Position numbers and translations under genes: made by a program
DNA from: Hominifimenecus microfluidus
GTDB lineage: Bacteria; Bacillota; Clostridia; Lachnospirales; Lachnospiraceae
Assembly: GCF_020687485.1 (NCBI RefSeq)
Contig: NZ_JAJEQR010000014.1
Location: 4,152-28,151 of the forward strand
Length of the DNA: 24,000 bases
Reading direction: 5' to 3'
Notes under the pieces: model-generated
Told to the model about the DNA's origin: nothing
Database searches by the model: none
Seen by the model: only the letters and a program-made list of their open reading frames with translations
Shown here: positions 13,969 through 22,887 of the stretch, piece after piece
How the letters are laid out: every line of letters begins with the position of its first letter
Position numbering within the stretch: position 1 is the first letter of the stretch

Positions 13969-14000
13969 TTCTAAGAAAGGACGTGATACTGATTGAGGAA

Positions 14001-14495
14001 ATGAGAATCTACATCCTGAACACCACACGGTTTTACCATGAAGATTTTGAGGAATATCCTGGGGCATGGTTTTCCTGCCCTGTGGATTTTGAAGAAATCA
14101 GGGAACGTCTTGGGGTTCAGAGTGAGGAAGAAATCGAAATTGAAGACTATGAGCTGCCCTTTCCATTGGAGGGCAACACAAGGCTCTGGGAAATCAACGC
14201 CCTTTGCCGGATGGTACAGGAAATGCAGGGAACGCCCCTCTATTATGAAATGGATGTGGTACAAAAGCGGTGGTTTCCCAGCTTTACGGAATTTATCGAC
14301 CACAAAGACCAGATACGCTGCTATCCGGTGCAGGACGGGGAATCCCTCGCCCGTTATCTGGTGCAGGAGGTACAGCTATTTGGAGAAGTACATCCAGACC
14401 TGTTGAACCATATCGACTACGCTGCCATTGGTCGGGAACTGGAAACCAGCGAAAACTACCTGTTTACGGACAATGGTATCTTTTATTACCGCTAA
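14001..14495 (+). CDS. Divergent ArdA-family antirestriction protein (paralog 1)
   Basis: MRIYILNTTRFYHEDFEEYPGAWFSCPVDFEEIRERLGV...DYELPF...HIDYAAIGRELE...NGIFYYR aligns by eye along its full length with the next gene, an ArdA. A GAGGAA RBS precedes the ATG at 14001. The track's upstream extension crosses the terminator. Confidence 0.75.
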   Translation: MRIYILNTTRFYHEDFEEYPGAWFSCPVDFEEIRERLGVQSEEEIEIEDYELPFPLEGNTRLWEINALCRMVQEMQGTPLYYEMDVVQKRWFPSFTEFIDHKDQIRCYPVQDGESLARYLVQEVQLFGEVHPDLLNHIDYAAIGRELETSENYLFTDNGIFYYR

Positions 14496-14511
14496 AAGGA
14501 GGTAGAAGAAC

Positions 14512-15009
14512 TTGGAGGAAATGCGGATTTACGTTGCCAACTTAGGAAAATACAATGAGGGCGAACTGGTCGGGGCATGGTTCACGCCGCCTGTGGACTT
14601 TGAGGAAGTCAAGGAACGTATCGGTTTGAATGATGAATATGAGGAATACGCCATCCATGATTATGAGCTGCCCTTTGAGATTGACGAATATACCCCCATT
14701 GAAGAAGTCAACCGCCTGTGTGAAATGGTGGAGGACTTACCGGAGTACATTCAGGAGGAACTATCAGAGCTGCAATCCTACTTTGGCAGTATCGAAGAAC
14801 TCTGTGAGCATGAAGACGATATTATCTGCCATTCCGGCTGTGATGATATGGCGGATGTGGCTCGCTGCTATCTGGAAGAAAGCGGACAGCTTGGCGAACT
14901 TCCGGCACACTTACAAAACTATATCGACTACGCCGCCTATGGGCGTGACATGGAATTGGAGGGAACCTTTGTTGTCACAAACCACGGCGTATATGAAATC
15001 TTACGGTAG
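14512..15009 (+). CDS. ardA: ArdA antirestriction protein (Tn916 Orf18-like, paralog 2)
   Basis: MEEMRIYVANLGKYNEGELVGAWFTPPVDFEEVKERIGLNDEYEEYAIHDYELPF...LQNYIDYAAYGRDMELEGTFVVTNHGVYEILR is very close to the Tn916 ArdA sequence as recalled. It is highly acidic. A TTG start follows AGGAGG. Confidence 0.9.
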   Translation: MEEMRIYVANLGKYNEGELVGAWFTPPVDFEEVKERIGLNDEYEEYAIHDYELPFEIDEYTPIEEVNRLCEMVEDLPEYIQEELSELQSYFGSIEELCEHEDDIICHSGCDDMADVARCYLEESGQLGELPAHLQNYIDYAAYGRDMELEGTFVVTNHGVYEILR

Positions 15010-15011
15010 AC

Positions 15012-15050
15012 CCGTCTGTATCTCTTTCAGGAAATACAGGCGGATTTTTT
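15012..15050 (+). terminator. Terminator or attenuator hairpin after ardA
   Basis: CCGTCTGTAT pairs with ATACAGGCGG (one G:U pair), followed by ATTTTTT. Confidence 0.55.
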
Positions 15051-15102
15051 GATTCAGGGGCAGCTCGTTTGCTGCCCCCATCTTTTAGAAAGGACGGACA
15101 AC

Positions 15103-15495
15103 ATGAAGAAAATACGAAGCTATACCAGTATCTGGTCGGTGGAAAAGGTACTCTATTCCATCAATGATTTTAAGCTGCCATTCCCCATCACATTTACGCA
15201 GATGGCGTGGTTCGTGGTATCGGTGTTTGCAGTGATACTCTTAGGGAACCTCCCTCCCCTTTCGTTCATTGACGGGGCATTTTTGAAATACTTCGGCGTA
15301 CCCTTTGCCCTCACTTGGTTCATGTGCCAGAAAACCTTTGACGGGAAAAAGCCTTATGGCTTCCTGAAATCCGTACTGGCATATCTGGTACGCCCGAAAC
15401 TGACCTATGCAGGAAAGCCCGTGAAGCTGGAAAAGGAATATCCGGCACAGCCCATCACGGCAGTAAGGAGTGATATTTATGGCATATCCGATTAA
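15103..15495 (+). CDS. Tn916 Orf17-like (TcpE-like) conjugation membrane protein
   Basis: MKKIRSYTSIWSVEKVLYSINDFKLPFPITFTQMAWFVVSVFAVILLGNLPPL... has two TM segments. The start at 15103 was preferred to the track start at 15049, which overlaps the terminator. Confidence 0.8.
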   Translation: MKKIRSYTSIWSVEKVLYSINDFKLPFPITFTQMAWFVVSVFAVILLGNLPPLSFIDGAFLKYFGVPFALTWFMCQKTFDGKKPYGFLKSVLAYLVRPKLTYAGKPVKLEKEYPAQPITAVRSDIYGISD

Positions 15496-17929
15496 GTATA
15501 TCGAAAATAACCTTGTGTTCAACCATGACGGGGAGTGCTTCGCTTACTATGAACTGCTTCCCTACAACTATTCCTTTTTAAGCCCTGAACAGAAGTATCA
15601 GGTACACGATTCATTCCGGCAGCTTATCGCCCAGAACAGGGACGGGAAGATTCACGCCCTGCAAATCAGCACGGAATCCAGCATACGGGCGGCACAGGAA
15701 CGCTCCAAACAGGAAGTGACAGGCAAGCTAAAGGACGTTGCCTGTGCAAAGATTGACGCACAGACCGAAGCCCTCATTTCCATGATAGGGGAAAATCAGG
15801 TGGACTACCGTTTTTTTATCGGCTTTAAGCTGCTTGTCAATGAGCAGGAAGTCACCATGAAGCAGTTTCGCAGGGAAGCAAAGACCGCTGTTTCCGACTT
15901 CCTCCATGAAGTCAACCACAAGCTCATGGGGGATTTTGTTTCCATGAGCAATGAGGAAATCTGGCGGTTTCAGAAGATGGAAAAACTGCTGGAAAATAAA
16001 ATCTCACGCCGCTTTAAAGTCCGGCGGCTTGATAAGGACGATTTTGGCTATCTGATTGAGCATTTATACGGGCAGACCGGAACCGCCTACGAAGATTATG
16101 AGTATTACCTGCCGAAGAAGCGGTTTCAGGAGGAAACGCTGGTGAAATACTATGACCTCATCAAACCCACCCGTTGTCTGATAGAGGAAAACCAGCGGTA
16201 TCTGAAAATCGAACAGGAAGACGGGACAGTTTATGCCGCCTACTTTACCATCAACAGCATTGTGGGGGAACTGGACTTTCCATCCTCGGAAATCTTTTAC
16301 TATCAGCAGCAGCAATTTACCTTTCCCATTGATACCTCTATGAATGTGGAGATTGTCACAAACCGGAAAGCCCTCTCCACGGTACGGAACAAGAAAAAAG
16401 AGCTGAAAGATTTGGACAACCACGCATGGCAGAATGACAGTGAAACCAGTACAAACGTGGTGGACGCTTTAGACAGCGTAAATGAACTGGAATCCACCTT
16501 AGACCAGAGCAAGGAATCCATGTACAAACTGTCCTATGTAGTGCGTGTGACGGCTCCCGACTTGGAGGAACTGAAACGCCGCTGCAATGAGGTGAAAGAT
16601 TTTTATGATGATTTGAACGTGAAGCTGGTTCGCCCCTTTGGGGATATGCTGGGGCTGCATGGGGAATTTCTCCCTGCCAGCAAACGGTATCTGAACGATT
16701 ACATCCAGTATGTCACCAGCGACTTCCTCGCTGGTCTTGGATTTGGGGCAACCCAGATGTTGGGGGAACCGGAGGGTATTTATATTGGGTACAGCCTTGA
16801 TACAGGAAGAAATGTGTACTTAAAGCCTGCCCTTGCCAGTCAAGGGGTAAAAGGCTCCGTCACCAACGCCCTTGCTGCCGCTTTTGTCGGCTCCCTCGGC
16901 GGCGGAAAATCATTCAGCAACAACATGATAGTCTATTATTCCGTATTGTTTGGGGCACAGGCACTCATTGTTGACCCGAAAGCGGAACGGGGACGCTGGA
17001 AAGAAACCCTGCCGGAAATCGCCCATGAAATCAATATCGTAAACCTGACTTCGGAGGAACAGAACAGGGGCTTACTCGACCCGTATGTGATTATGGAGAA
17101 CCCAAAGGATTCCGAATCACTGGCAATCGACATCCTGACCTTTTTAACGGGTATTTCCAGCCGTGACGGGGAAAAGTTCCCTGTTCTTCGGAAAGCCATT
17201 CGTGCGGTGACAAACAGTGAGGAACGGGGACTTTTCAAAGTGATTGAGGAACTTCGGGCGGAGGGAACCACCATCAGCACCAGCATAGCCGACCATATCG
17301 AATCCTTTACGGACTATGACTTTGCACACCTGCTCTTTTCGGATGGGGATGTCACACAGTCCATCAGCCTTGAAAAGCAGCTCAATATCATTCAGGTAGC
17401 GGATTTGGTGCTGCCGGATAAGGAAACCTCATTTGAAGAATACACCACAATGGAGCTGCTTTCCGTGGCAATGCTCATTGTAATCAGCACCTTTGCCCTC
17501 GACTTCATCCACACCGACCGCAGCGTGTTTAAGATTGTGGATTTGGACGAAGCATGGAGCTTCTTACAGGTAGCACAGGGCAAGACCCTCTCTATGAAGC
17601 TGGTTCGTGCCGGACGTGCCATGAACGCAGGCGTTTACTTTGTCACCCAGAACACGGACGATTTGCTGGATGAAAAGCTGAAAAACAATCTGGGCTTGAA
17701 GTTTGCGTTCCGTTCCACGGACATCAACGAAATCAAGAAGACCCTCGCCTTTTTCGGGGTAGATTCCGAAGATGAAAACAACCAGAAGCGACTCCGTGAC
17801 TTGGAAAACGGACAGTGCCTTATCAGTGATTTGTACGGGCGTGTAGGAGTGATACAGTTCCATCCTATCTTTGAAGACCTGTTCCATGCCTTTGATACCA
17901 GACCGCCCGTGAGAAAAGAGGTGGAATGA
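15479..17929 (+). CDS. VirB4-like conjugative ATPase (Tn916 Orf16 / ConE-like)
   Basis: An 816-aa protein with Walker A GSLGGGKS and Walker B-like FKIVDLDEAW. An AAGGAGTG RBS is present. The start overlaps the end of the Orf17-like gene. Confidence 0.92.
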   Translation: MAYPIKYIENNLVFNHDGECFAYYELLPYNYSFLSPEQKYQVHDSFRQLIAQNRDGKIHALQISTESSIRAAQERSKQEVTGKLKDVACAKIDAQTEALISMIGENQVDYRFFIGFKLLVNEQEVTMKQFRREAKTAVSDFLHEVNHKLMGDFVSMSNEEIWRFQKMEKLLENKISRRFKVRRLDKDDFGYLIEHLYGQTGTAYEDYEYYLPKKRFQEETLVKYYDLIKPTRCLIEENQRYLKIEQEDGTVYAAYFTINSIVGELDFPSSEIFYYQQQQFTFPIDTSMNVEIVTNRKALSTVRNKKKELKDLDNHAWQNDSETSTNVVDALDSVNELESTLDQSKESMYKLSYVVRVTAPDLEELKRRCNEVKDFYDDLNVKLVRPFGDMLGLHGEFLPASKRYLNDYIQYVTSDFLAGLGFGATQMLGEPEGIYIGYSLDTGRNVYLKPALASQGVKGSVTNALAAAFVGSLGGGKSFSNNMIVYYSVLFGAQALIVDPKAERGRWKETLPEIAHEINIVNLTSEEQNRGLLDPYVIMENPKDSESLAIDILTFLTGISSRDGEKFPVLRKAIRAVTNSEERGLFKVIEELRAEGTTISTSIADHIESFTDYDFAHLLFSDGDVTQSISLEKQLNIIQVADLVLPDKETSFEEYTTMELLSVAMLIVISTFALDFIHTDRSVFKIVDLDEAWSFLQVAQGKTLSMKLVRAGRAMNAGVYFVTQNTDDLLDEKLKNNLGLKFAFRSTDINEIKKTLAFFGVDSEDENNQKRLRDLENGQCLISDLYGRVGVIQFHPIFEDLFHAFDTRPPVRKEVE

Positions 17930-20298
17930 TGGTGATACATAGAACTTCCAACGGGCAGCAACTCCCTGTTCCCCATCACGCAAAAAAGAGATTGTCTTGG
18001 AAGATGGCAGGAAAAGTGATTGGCAGGGTGCTTCTGGCACTCCTGCTCATCCTCATGCTGCTGGCAGTCTTCGGCACAGCCGCCCATGCTGCCGGACTGG
18101 TGGATGATACGGTGGACGCTGCCAACGAATACAGCAAATATCCTCTGGACAACTACCAGCTTGATTTTTATGTGGACAGCGGATGGGACTGGCTCCCGTG
18201 GAACTGGCTGGACGGTATCGGAAAACAGGTGATGTACGGGCTGTATGCCATCACAAATTTTATCTGGACAATCAGCCTGTACCTTTCCAACGCCACGGGG
18301 TATCTGATTCAGGAAGCCTACTCGCTGGACTTCATTTCCTCTACGGCGGATTCCATTGGGAAAAATATGCAGACCCTTGCAGGCGTTACCACAGGCGGCT
18401 TGTCCTCGGAGGGATTTTATATCGGGTTCCTGTTGATTCTCATTCTGGTGGTGGGGATTTACGTTGCCTACACAGGGCTTATCAAACGGGAAACCACAAA
18501 AGCCATCCATGCCGTTGTGAATTTCGTGGTGGTGTTCGTGCTGTCCGCTGCCTTTATCGCTTATGCTCCTGATTATATCGGGAAAATCAATGAATTTTCC
18601 GCAGACATCAGCAATGCCAGCCTGACCCTTGGCACAAAGATTGTGCTGCCGAACTCGGAAAGTCAAGGAAAAGACAGCGTAGATTTGATACGGGACAGCC
18701 TGTTTTCCATACAGGTCAAGCAGCCGTGGCTCCTGCTGCAATACGGCAACTCGGATGTGGAAAACCTTGGGGCTGACCGCGTGGAACGCCTGCTCTCAAC
18801 CAGCCCAGACGAAAACAACGGGCAGGACAGGGAAGAAATCGTGGTGGAGGAAATCGAAGACAGGGAAAACACCAACCTTACCATCACAAAAACCATCAAC
18901 CGCTTGGGAACCGTATTCTTCCTGTTTATGTTCAATATCGGTATCTCCGTTTTTGTATTCCTGCTCACGGGGATAATGATTTTTTCACAGGTGCTTTTTA
19001 TCATCTACGCCATGTTCCTGCCTGTGAGCTTCCTCCTCAACATGGTTCCCTCTTTTGAGGGGATGTCCAAACGTGCCATTACAAAACTGTTCAATACCAT
19101 CCTTACCAGAGCCGGAATCACCCTGATTATCACGGTAGCGTTCAGCATTTCCACCATGCTCTACAACCTGTCTGGGGAATATCCGTTCTTCCTAACGGCG
19201 TTCTTGCAGATAGTGACCTTTGCCGGAATTTATTTCAAGCTGGGGGATTTGATGGGGATGTTCTCCTTACAAAGTGGGGATTCCCAAAGCATGGGGAGCC
19301 GTATCATGCGAAGACCCCGTATGCTCATGCACGCCCATATGCACCGTTTACAGCATAAGTTAGGACGTTCTGTGGCGGCTCTTGGGGCTGGTACGGCTGC
19401 CTACCACGCAGGAAAACAGGCTGGCTCAGACCAGAGAACTGCTTCCAGCTCCGGTTCTTCCAAACGGACACAGGCAGACCACAGCAGACCAGATGGGCAG
19501 GCAGCACCGGAAAAGGAATCCGCATGGAAACGGGCTGGTTCTGCGGTAGGTGCGGTGGCAGATACCAAAGATAAGATAGCCGATACTGCCGGACAGCTTC
19601 GGGAGCAGGCAAAGGATTTGCCTGTCAATGCAAAGTACGCTCTTTACCACGGGAAAACACAGGTATCAGAGGGAGTACGGGATTTTACTTCCAGCGTGAC
19701 CCAGACCCGAACTGCCAGAACCGAACAGCGGAACGCACAGGCAGAAAGCCGCAGACAGACCATTGCAGAACGCAGGGCGGAACTGAAACAGGCAAAACAG
19801 CCACAACAAAGAGCTTCCGAATCCCCCAAAGGGACGGCTCCTGTCCATGAACGCCCTGTTACTGCAAAGCAGCCGGAAGATTTCCGAAACCATACCATTC
19901 ATGCAGGAAAACCAGCCATGCAGCCAGCTTCCCTATCCATCAGGGAACGGGGACAGGTTCCTGATGGGGGAACTGTGGCAGAACGTTCTTCGGTTCCGGT
20001 AGTAAAGGCAGCTTCCATCCACCATGAACAGATACCGTCTGTAAGGACAGAACGCCAGATAGTCCCTCCGGCTTCCCCAGACAAACCAGAGGAAAGACAA
20101 AAGACAACTACTACACCTGCTGCTCCCCATCCGGCAAGACCTGTCCAGAACGATACGGCTCCTGTGATACCGGAAAGAAAACGGGCTGCCCCTGTGGTAA
20201 AAGAATCGAACTTTACCATCCGGCGTACCACCGCCAGAAAGGAGTGGACAAAAGCAGTAACAGCAGCTGACAAACAAAAGAAAGGGGAAAAACCATGA
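17926..20298 (+). CDS. Polytopic conjugation channel protein (Tn916 Orf15 / ConG / TcpH-like) with a long low-complexity C-terminal tail
   Basis: The start overlaps the Orf16 stop (ATGA). There is an N-terminal signal/TM segment and about 6 further TM segments up to roughly aa 460. An Ala/Gln/Arg/Pro/Lys-rich tail of about 320 aa follows. Confidence 0.85.
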   Translation: MMVIHRTSNGQQLPVPHHAKKRLSWKMAGKVIGRVLLALLLILMLLAVFGTAAHAAGLVDDTVDAANEYSKYPLDNYQLDFYVDSGWDWLPWNWLDGIGKQVMYGLYAITNFIWTISLYLSNATGYLIQEAYSLDFISSTADSIGKNMQTLAGVTTGGLSSEGFYIGFLLILILVVGIYVAYTGLIKRETTKAIHAVVNFVVVFVLSAAFIAYAPDYIGKINEFSADISNASLTLGTKIVLPNSESQGKDSVDLIRDSLFSIQVKQPWLLLQYGNSDVENLGADRVERLLSTSPDENNGQDREEIVVEEIEDRENTNLTITKTINRLGTVFFLFMFNIGISVFVFLLTGIMIFSQVLFIIYAMFLPVSFLLNMVPSFEGMSKRAITKLFNTILTRAGITLIITVAFSISTMLYNLSGEYPFFLTAFLQIVTFAGIYFKLGDLMGMFSLQSGDSQSMGSRIMRRPRMLMHAHMHRLQHKLGRSVAALGAGTAAYHAGKQAGSDQRTASSSGSSKRTQADHSRPDGQAAPEKESAWKRAGSAVGAVADTKDKIADTAGQLREQAKDLPVNAKYALYHGKTQVSEGVRDFTSSVTQTRTARTEQRNAQAESRRQTIAERRAELKQAKQPQQRASESPKGTAPVHERPVTAKQPEDFRNHTIHAGKPAMQPASLSIRERGQVPDGGTVAERSSVPVVKAASIHHEQIPSVRTERQIVPPASPDKPEERQKTTTTPAAPHPARPVQNDTAPVIPERKRAAPVVKESNFTIRRTTARKEWTKAVTAADKQKKGEKP

Positions 20299-21290
20299 AG
20301 TTAAGACACCTTTTCTTTGCCTGTTCCGGCGTGTTCGTGATGATGTTCTTCCTGCTCCTTTTGGTGGTGATTGTCTTCTCGGATGAGGAAGACGGCGGAA
20401 ACCTTATCTATGGGGGCGTGAGCGTATCACAGGAAGTCCTCGCCCATAAGCCTATGCTGGAAAAGTATGCAAGGGAATATGGCATAGAGGAATACTTAAA
20501 TGTGCTGCTCGCCATCATTCAAGTGGAATCCGGCGGCACACTGGAAGACGTTATGCAGTCCTCGGAATCTCTAGGGCTTCCCCCAAACTCCCTTAGTACA
20601 GAAGAATCCATCAAACAGGGCTGCAAGTATTTCTCGGAACTGCTCGCAGCGGCAGAAACAAAGGGCTGTGACTTAAACAGTGTGATTCAATCCTATAATT
20701 ACGGCGGCGGTTTCCTAGACTATGTGGCAGGACACGGAAAAAAATACACCTTTGAACTGGCAGAGAGCTTCGCAAGGGATAAATCCGGCGGAAAGAAAGT
20801 CACCTACACCAACCCTGTTGCGGTAGAGAAAAACGGGGGCTGGCGGTATTCCTACGGGAATATGTTCTATGTCCTCTTGGTATCGCAATATCTGACCGTG
20901 GGACAGTTTGATGATGAAACGGTACAGGCTATCATGGACGAAGCCTTAAAGTATGAGGGCTGGACGTATGTGTACGGGGGCGATTCCCCCTCCACTTCCT
21001 TTGACTGTTCGGGACTGGTGCAGTGGTGCTATGGCAAGGCAGGAATCGCCCTGCCACGGACAGCACAGGAGCAGTACAATGTGACGCAGCACATCCCCCT
21101 GTCCGAAGCAAAAGCAGGGGATTTAGTCTTTTTCCACTCCACCTACAACGCCGGAACCTACATCACCCATGTGGGGCTGTATGTGGGAAATAACCGGATG
21201 TACCATGCCGGAAATCCCATTGGTTACGCAGACCTGACAGGCTCTTACTGGCAACAGCACCTTGCCGGAGCCGGACGAATCAAACAATAA
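20295..21290 (+). CDS. Bifunctional cell-wall hydrolase (lysozyme/transglycosylase-like domain + NlpC/P60 peptidase; Tn916 Orf14 / CwlT-like)
   Basis: An N-terminal TM segment is followed by LLAIIQVESGG (glycosidase catalytic Glu motif). The C-terminal part is YVYGG..FDCSGLVQWCY...H.GLY (NlpC/P60 Cys-His). The start overlaps the Orf15 stop (ATGA). Confidence 0.9.
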   Translation: MKLRHLFFACSGVFVMMFFLLLLVVIVFSDEEDGGNLIYGGVSVSQEVLAHKPMLEKYAREYGIEEYLNVLLAIIQVESGGTLEDVMQSSESLGLPPNSLSTEESIKQGCKYFSELLAAAETKGCDLNSVIQSYNYGGGFLDYVAGHGKKYTFELAESFARDKSGGKKVTYTNPVAVEKNGGWRYSYGNMFYVLLVSQYLTVGQFDDETVQAIMDEALKYEGWTYVYGGDSPSTSFDCSGLVQWCYGKAGIALPRTAQEQYNVTQHIPLSEAKAGDLVFFHSTYNAGTYITHVGLYVGNNRMYHAGNPIGYADLTGSYWQQHLAGAGRIKQ

Positions 21291-21306
21291 GAAAGGATGA
21301 ACCGAT

Positions 21307-22215
21307 ATGATTCAGATTAGAAAAGAGGAAAACCAGAAAAAGCAGAAAGAAAAGAAACTGAAAATCTACAAAGTCAATACCCATAAAAAAACCGTGATTG
21401 CCCTGTGGGTGCTGCTGGCAGTGAGCTTCCTGTTTGCCGTCTATAAGAATTTCACGGCAATAGACATTCATACTGTCCATGAAACCAAAGTAATTGAGGA
21501 AACCATCATCGACACCCACAAGATAGAGAATTTTGTGGAGAATTTCGCAGAAGTCTACTATTCATGGGAACAGTCCGCTGCTTCCATTGATAACCGGACA
21601 AATGCTTTAAAAGGGTATCTTACCGGAGAACTGCAAGCCCTGAATGTAGATACTGTCCGAAAGGACATCCCCGTATCGTCTGCCCTGACCGATTTTCAGA
21701 TATGGGAAATCACAGAAGAAAAGGAGCAGCATTATCAAGTGACCTATACGGTGGAACAGCGTATCACAGAGGGAGAATCCAGTAAAACCGTCCGTTCCGC
21801 CTATCAGGTAACGGTCTATGTGGACGGCTCTGGAAACCTGACGATTATCCAAAACCCTACCATCACCAGCGTTCCCGTAAAATCCGGCTACACCCCAAAA
21901 GCAGTACAAAGTGACGGTACGGTGGATTCCATCACCACGGAGGAAATCAACGAATTTCTCACTACCTTTTTCAAGCTGTACCCTACGGCAACCGCAAAGG
22001 AGCTGACCTATTATGTAAATGAGGGTGTGCTGAAACCTGTGGGAAAAGAGTATATTTTCTCGGAACTGGTAAATCCGGTCTACAACCGAAACGGAAATCA
22101 GGTGACCGCTTCCCTTGCAGTAAAATATCTGGACAACCAGACCATGACAACACAGGTATCGCAGTTTGACCTTGTGCTGGAAAAGAACGGAGAAAACTGG
22201 AAGATTGTGAAATAG
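21307..22215 (+). CDS. Tn916 Orf13-like conjugation protein (TcpC/ConB-related)
   Basis: A 302-aa protein with a Lys-rich N-terminus and a single TM segment (VIALWVLLAVSFLFAVYKNFTAID), the last gene of the conjugation operon as in Tn916. Confidence 0.8.
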   Translation: MIQIRKEENQKKQKEKKLKIYKVNTHKKTVIALWVLLAVSFLFAVYKNFTAIDIHTVHETKVIEETIIDTHKIENFVENFAEVYYSWEQSAASIDNRTNALKGYLTGELQALNVDTVRKDIPVSSALTDFQIWEITEEKEQHYQVTYTVEQRITEGESSKTVRSAYQVTVYVDGSGNLTIIQNPTITSVPVKSGYTPKAVQSDGTVDSITTEEINEFLTTFFKLYPTATAKELTYYVNEGVLKPVGKEYIFSELVNPVYNRNGNQVTASLAVKYLDNQTMTTQVSQFDLVLEKNGENWKIVK

Positions 22216-22218
22216 CTC

Positions 22219-22272
22219 TTGACTTTGCGACACAAATGTCGCATAATTATCAAAAGGGACATATGTGTCGCA
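22219..22272 (+). promoter_or_regulatory. Promoter with an embedded palindromic operator upstream of the TetR gene
   Basis: TTGACT (22219-22224), a 17-nt spacer, then CATAAT (22242-22247). The perfect inverted repeat TGCGACA-caaa-TGTCGCA (22226-22243) spans the spacer and -10. A further TGTCGCA half-site at 22266-22272 lies next to the palindrome ACATATGT. Confidence 0.55.
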
Positions 22273-22287
22273 AAGGAGGTTATAGTA

Positions 22288-22866
22288 GTGAGTGCTAAAG
22301 GCGATAAGACCAAAGAACTTATTTGTTCAGAAGCATACAAATTATTTGCAGAAAAGGGATTTAAAGAAGTCACAATGAAAGATATATGTGAAAAAACCGG
22401 ACTTAGTCGAGGTGGTCTTTATAGACACTATTCAAGTACCGAAGCAATTTTTTCTCATATCATTAACTCTCTTATGCAAACACAAGAAAATGAAGTTTTA
22501 AACAAAATCGAAAGTCTAGTTCCTGCTAAACAAATTCTATTAGAACTATTAAATCGCTATCAAATAGAAATGTTAGATAGTAGTAATTGTTTAACTTTAG
22601 CAATTTATGAATTTTTTAGTACTTTACAGCGTAAAGGCAATGAAAGTCTGCTATATGAGCAATATTTATTAAGTAAAAAAACTTGGGAATCTTTAATTGC
22701 TTATGGAATAAAAACAAAAGAATTTAACGAAGTAAATGCCGAAGCAATTATTGATATAATTATATTTTCTTATCAAGGAGTACGGCTGTATAGCAACCTT
22801 ATGCTTATAAGTCCTCAAATACCCGAAAACATCTTGTATATTATAAAAAATATTCTTTTAAAATAA
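22288..22866 (+). CDS. TetR/AcrR-family transcriptional regulator
   Basis: A GTG start lies 8 nt after AGGAGG. The N-terminal HTH is ELICSEAYKLFAEKGFKEVTMKDICEKTGLSRGGLYRHYSSTEAIF. The gene is very AT-rich relative to the conjugation genes. Confidence 0.85.
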   Translation: MSAKGDKTKELICSEAYKLFAEKGFKEVTMKDICEKTGLSRGGLYRHYSSTEAIFSHIINSLMQTQENEVLNKIESLVPAKQILLELLNRYQIEMLDSSNCLTLAIYEFFSTLQRKGNESLLYEQYLLSKKTWESLIAYGIKTKEFNEVNAEAIIDIIIFSYQGVRLYSNLMLISPQIPENILYIIKNILLK

Positions 22867-22887
22867 TTTGGAAAGGATGTGTAGAAT

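Noticed and set aside
14038-15052. Alternative-frame plus-strand ORFs (14038..14406, 14270..14545, 14630..15052) and minus-strand ORF 13971..14303 over the ardA genes.
   Set aside because: The ArdA frames show clear family similarity and RBSs. The alternative frames are Arg/Trp/Cys-rich nonsense.
17635-18741. A 368-aa minus-strand ORF, the longest antisense ORF in the window.
   Set aside because: It lies entirely antisense to the conserved VirB4-like and Orf15-like genes. It has no RBS, and its His/Gln/Cys/Pro-rich sequence is junk-like with no recognisable domain.
19325-20277. A cluster of overlapping minus-strand ORFs of 74-124 aa in all three frames.
   Set aside because: They are an artefact of the biased composition of the Orf15 tail region, which has few stop complements. 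They are mutually overlapping and lack RBSs.
21607-22233. A 208-aa minus-strand ORF.
   Set aside because: It is antisense to the well-supported Orf13-like gene, with no RBS and no recognisable motifs.
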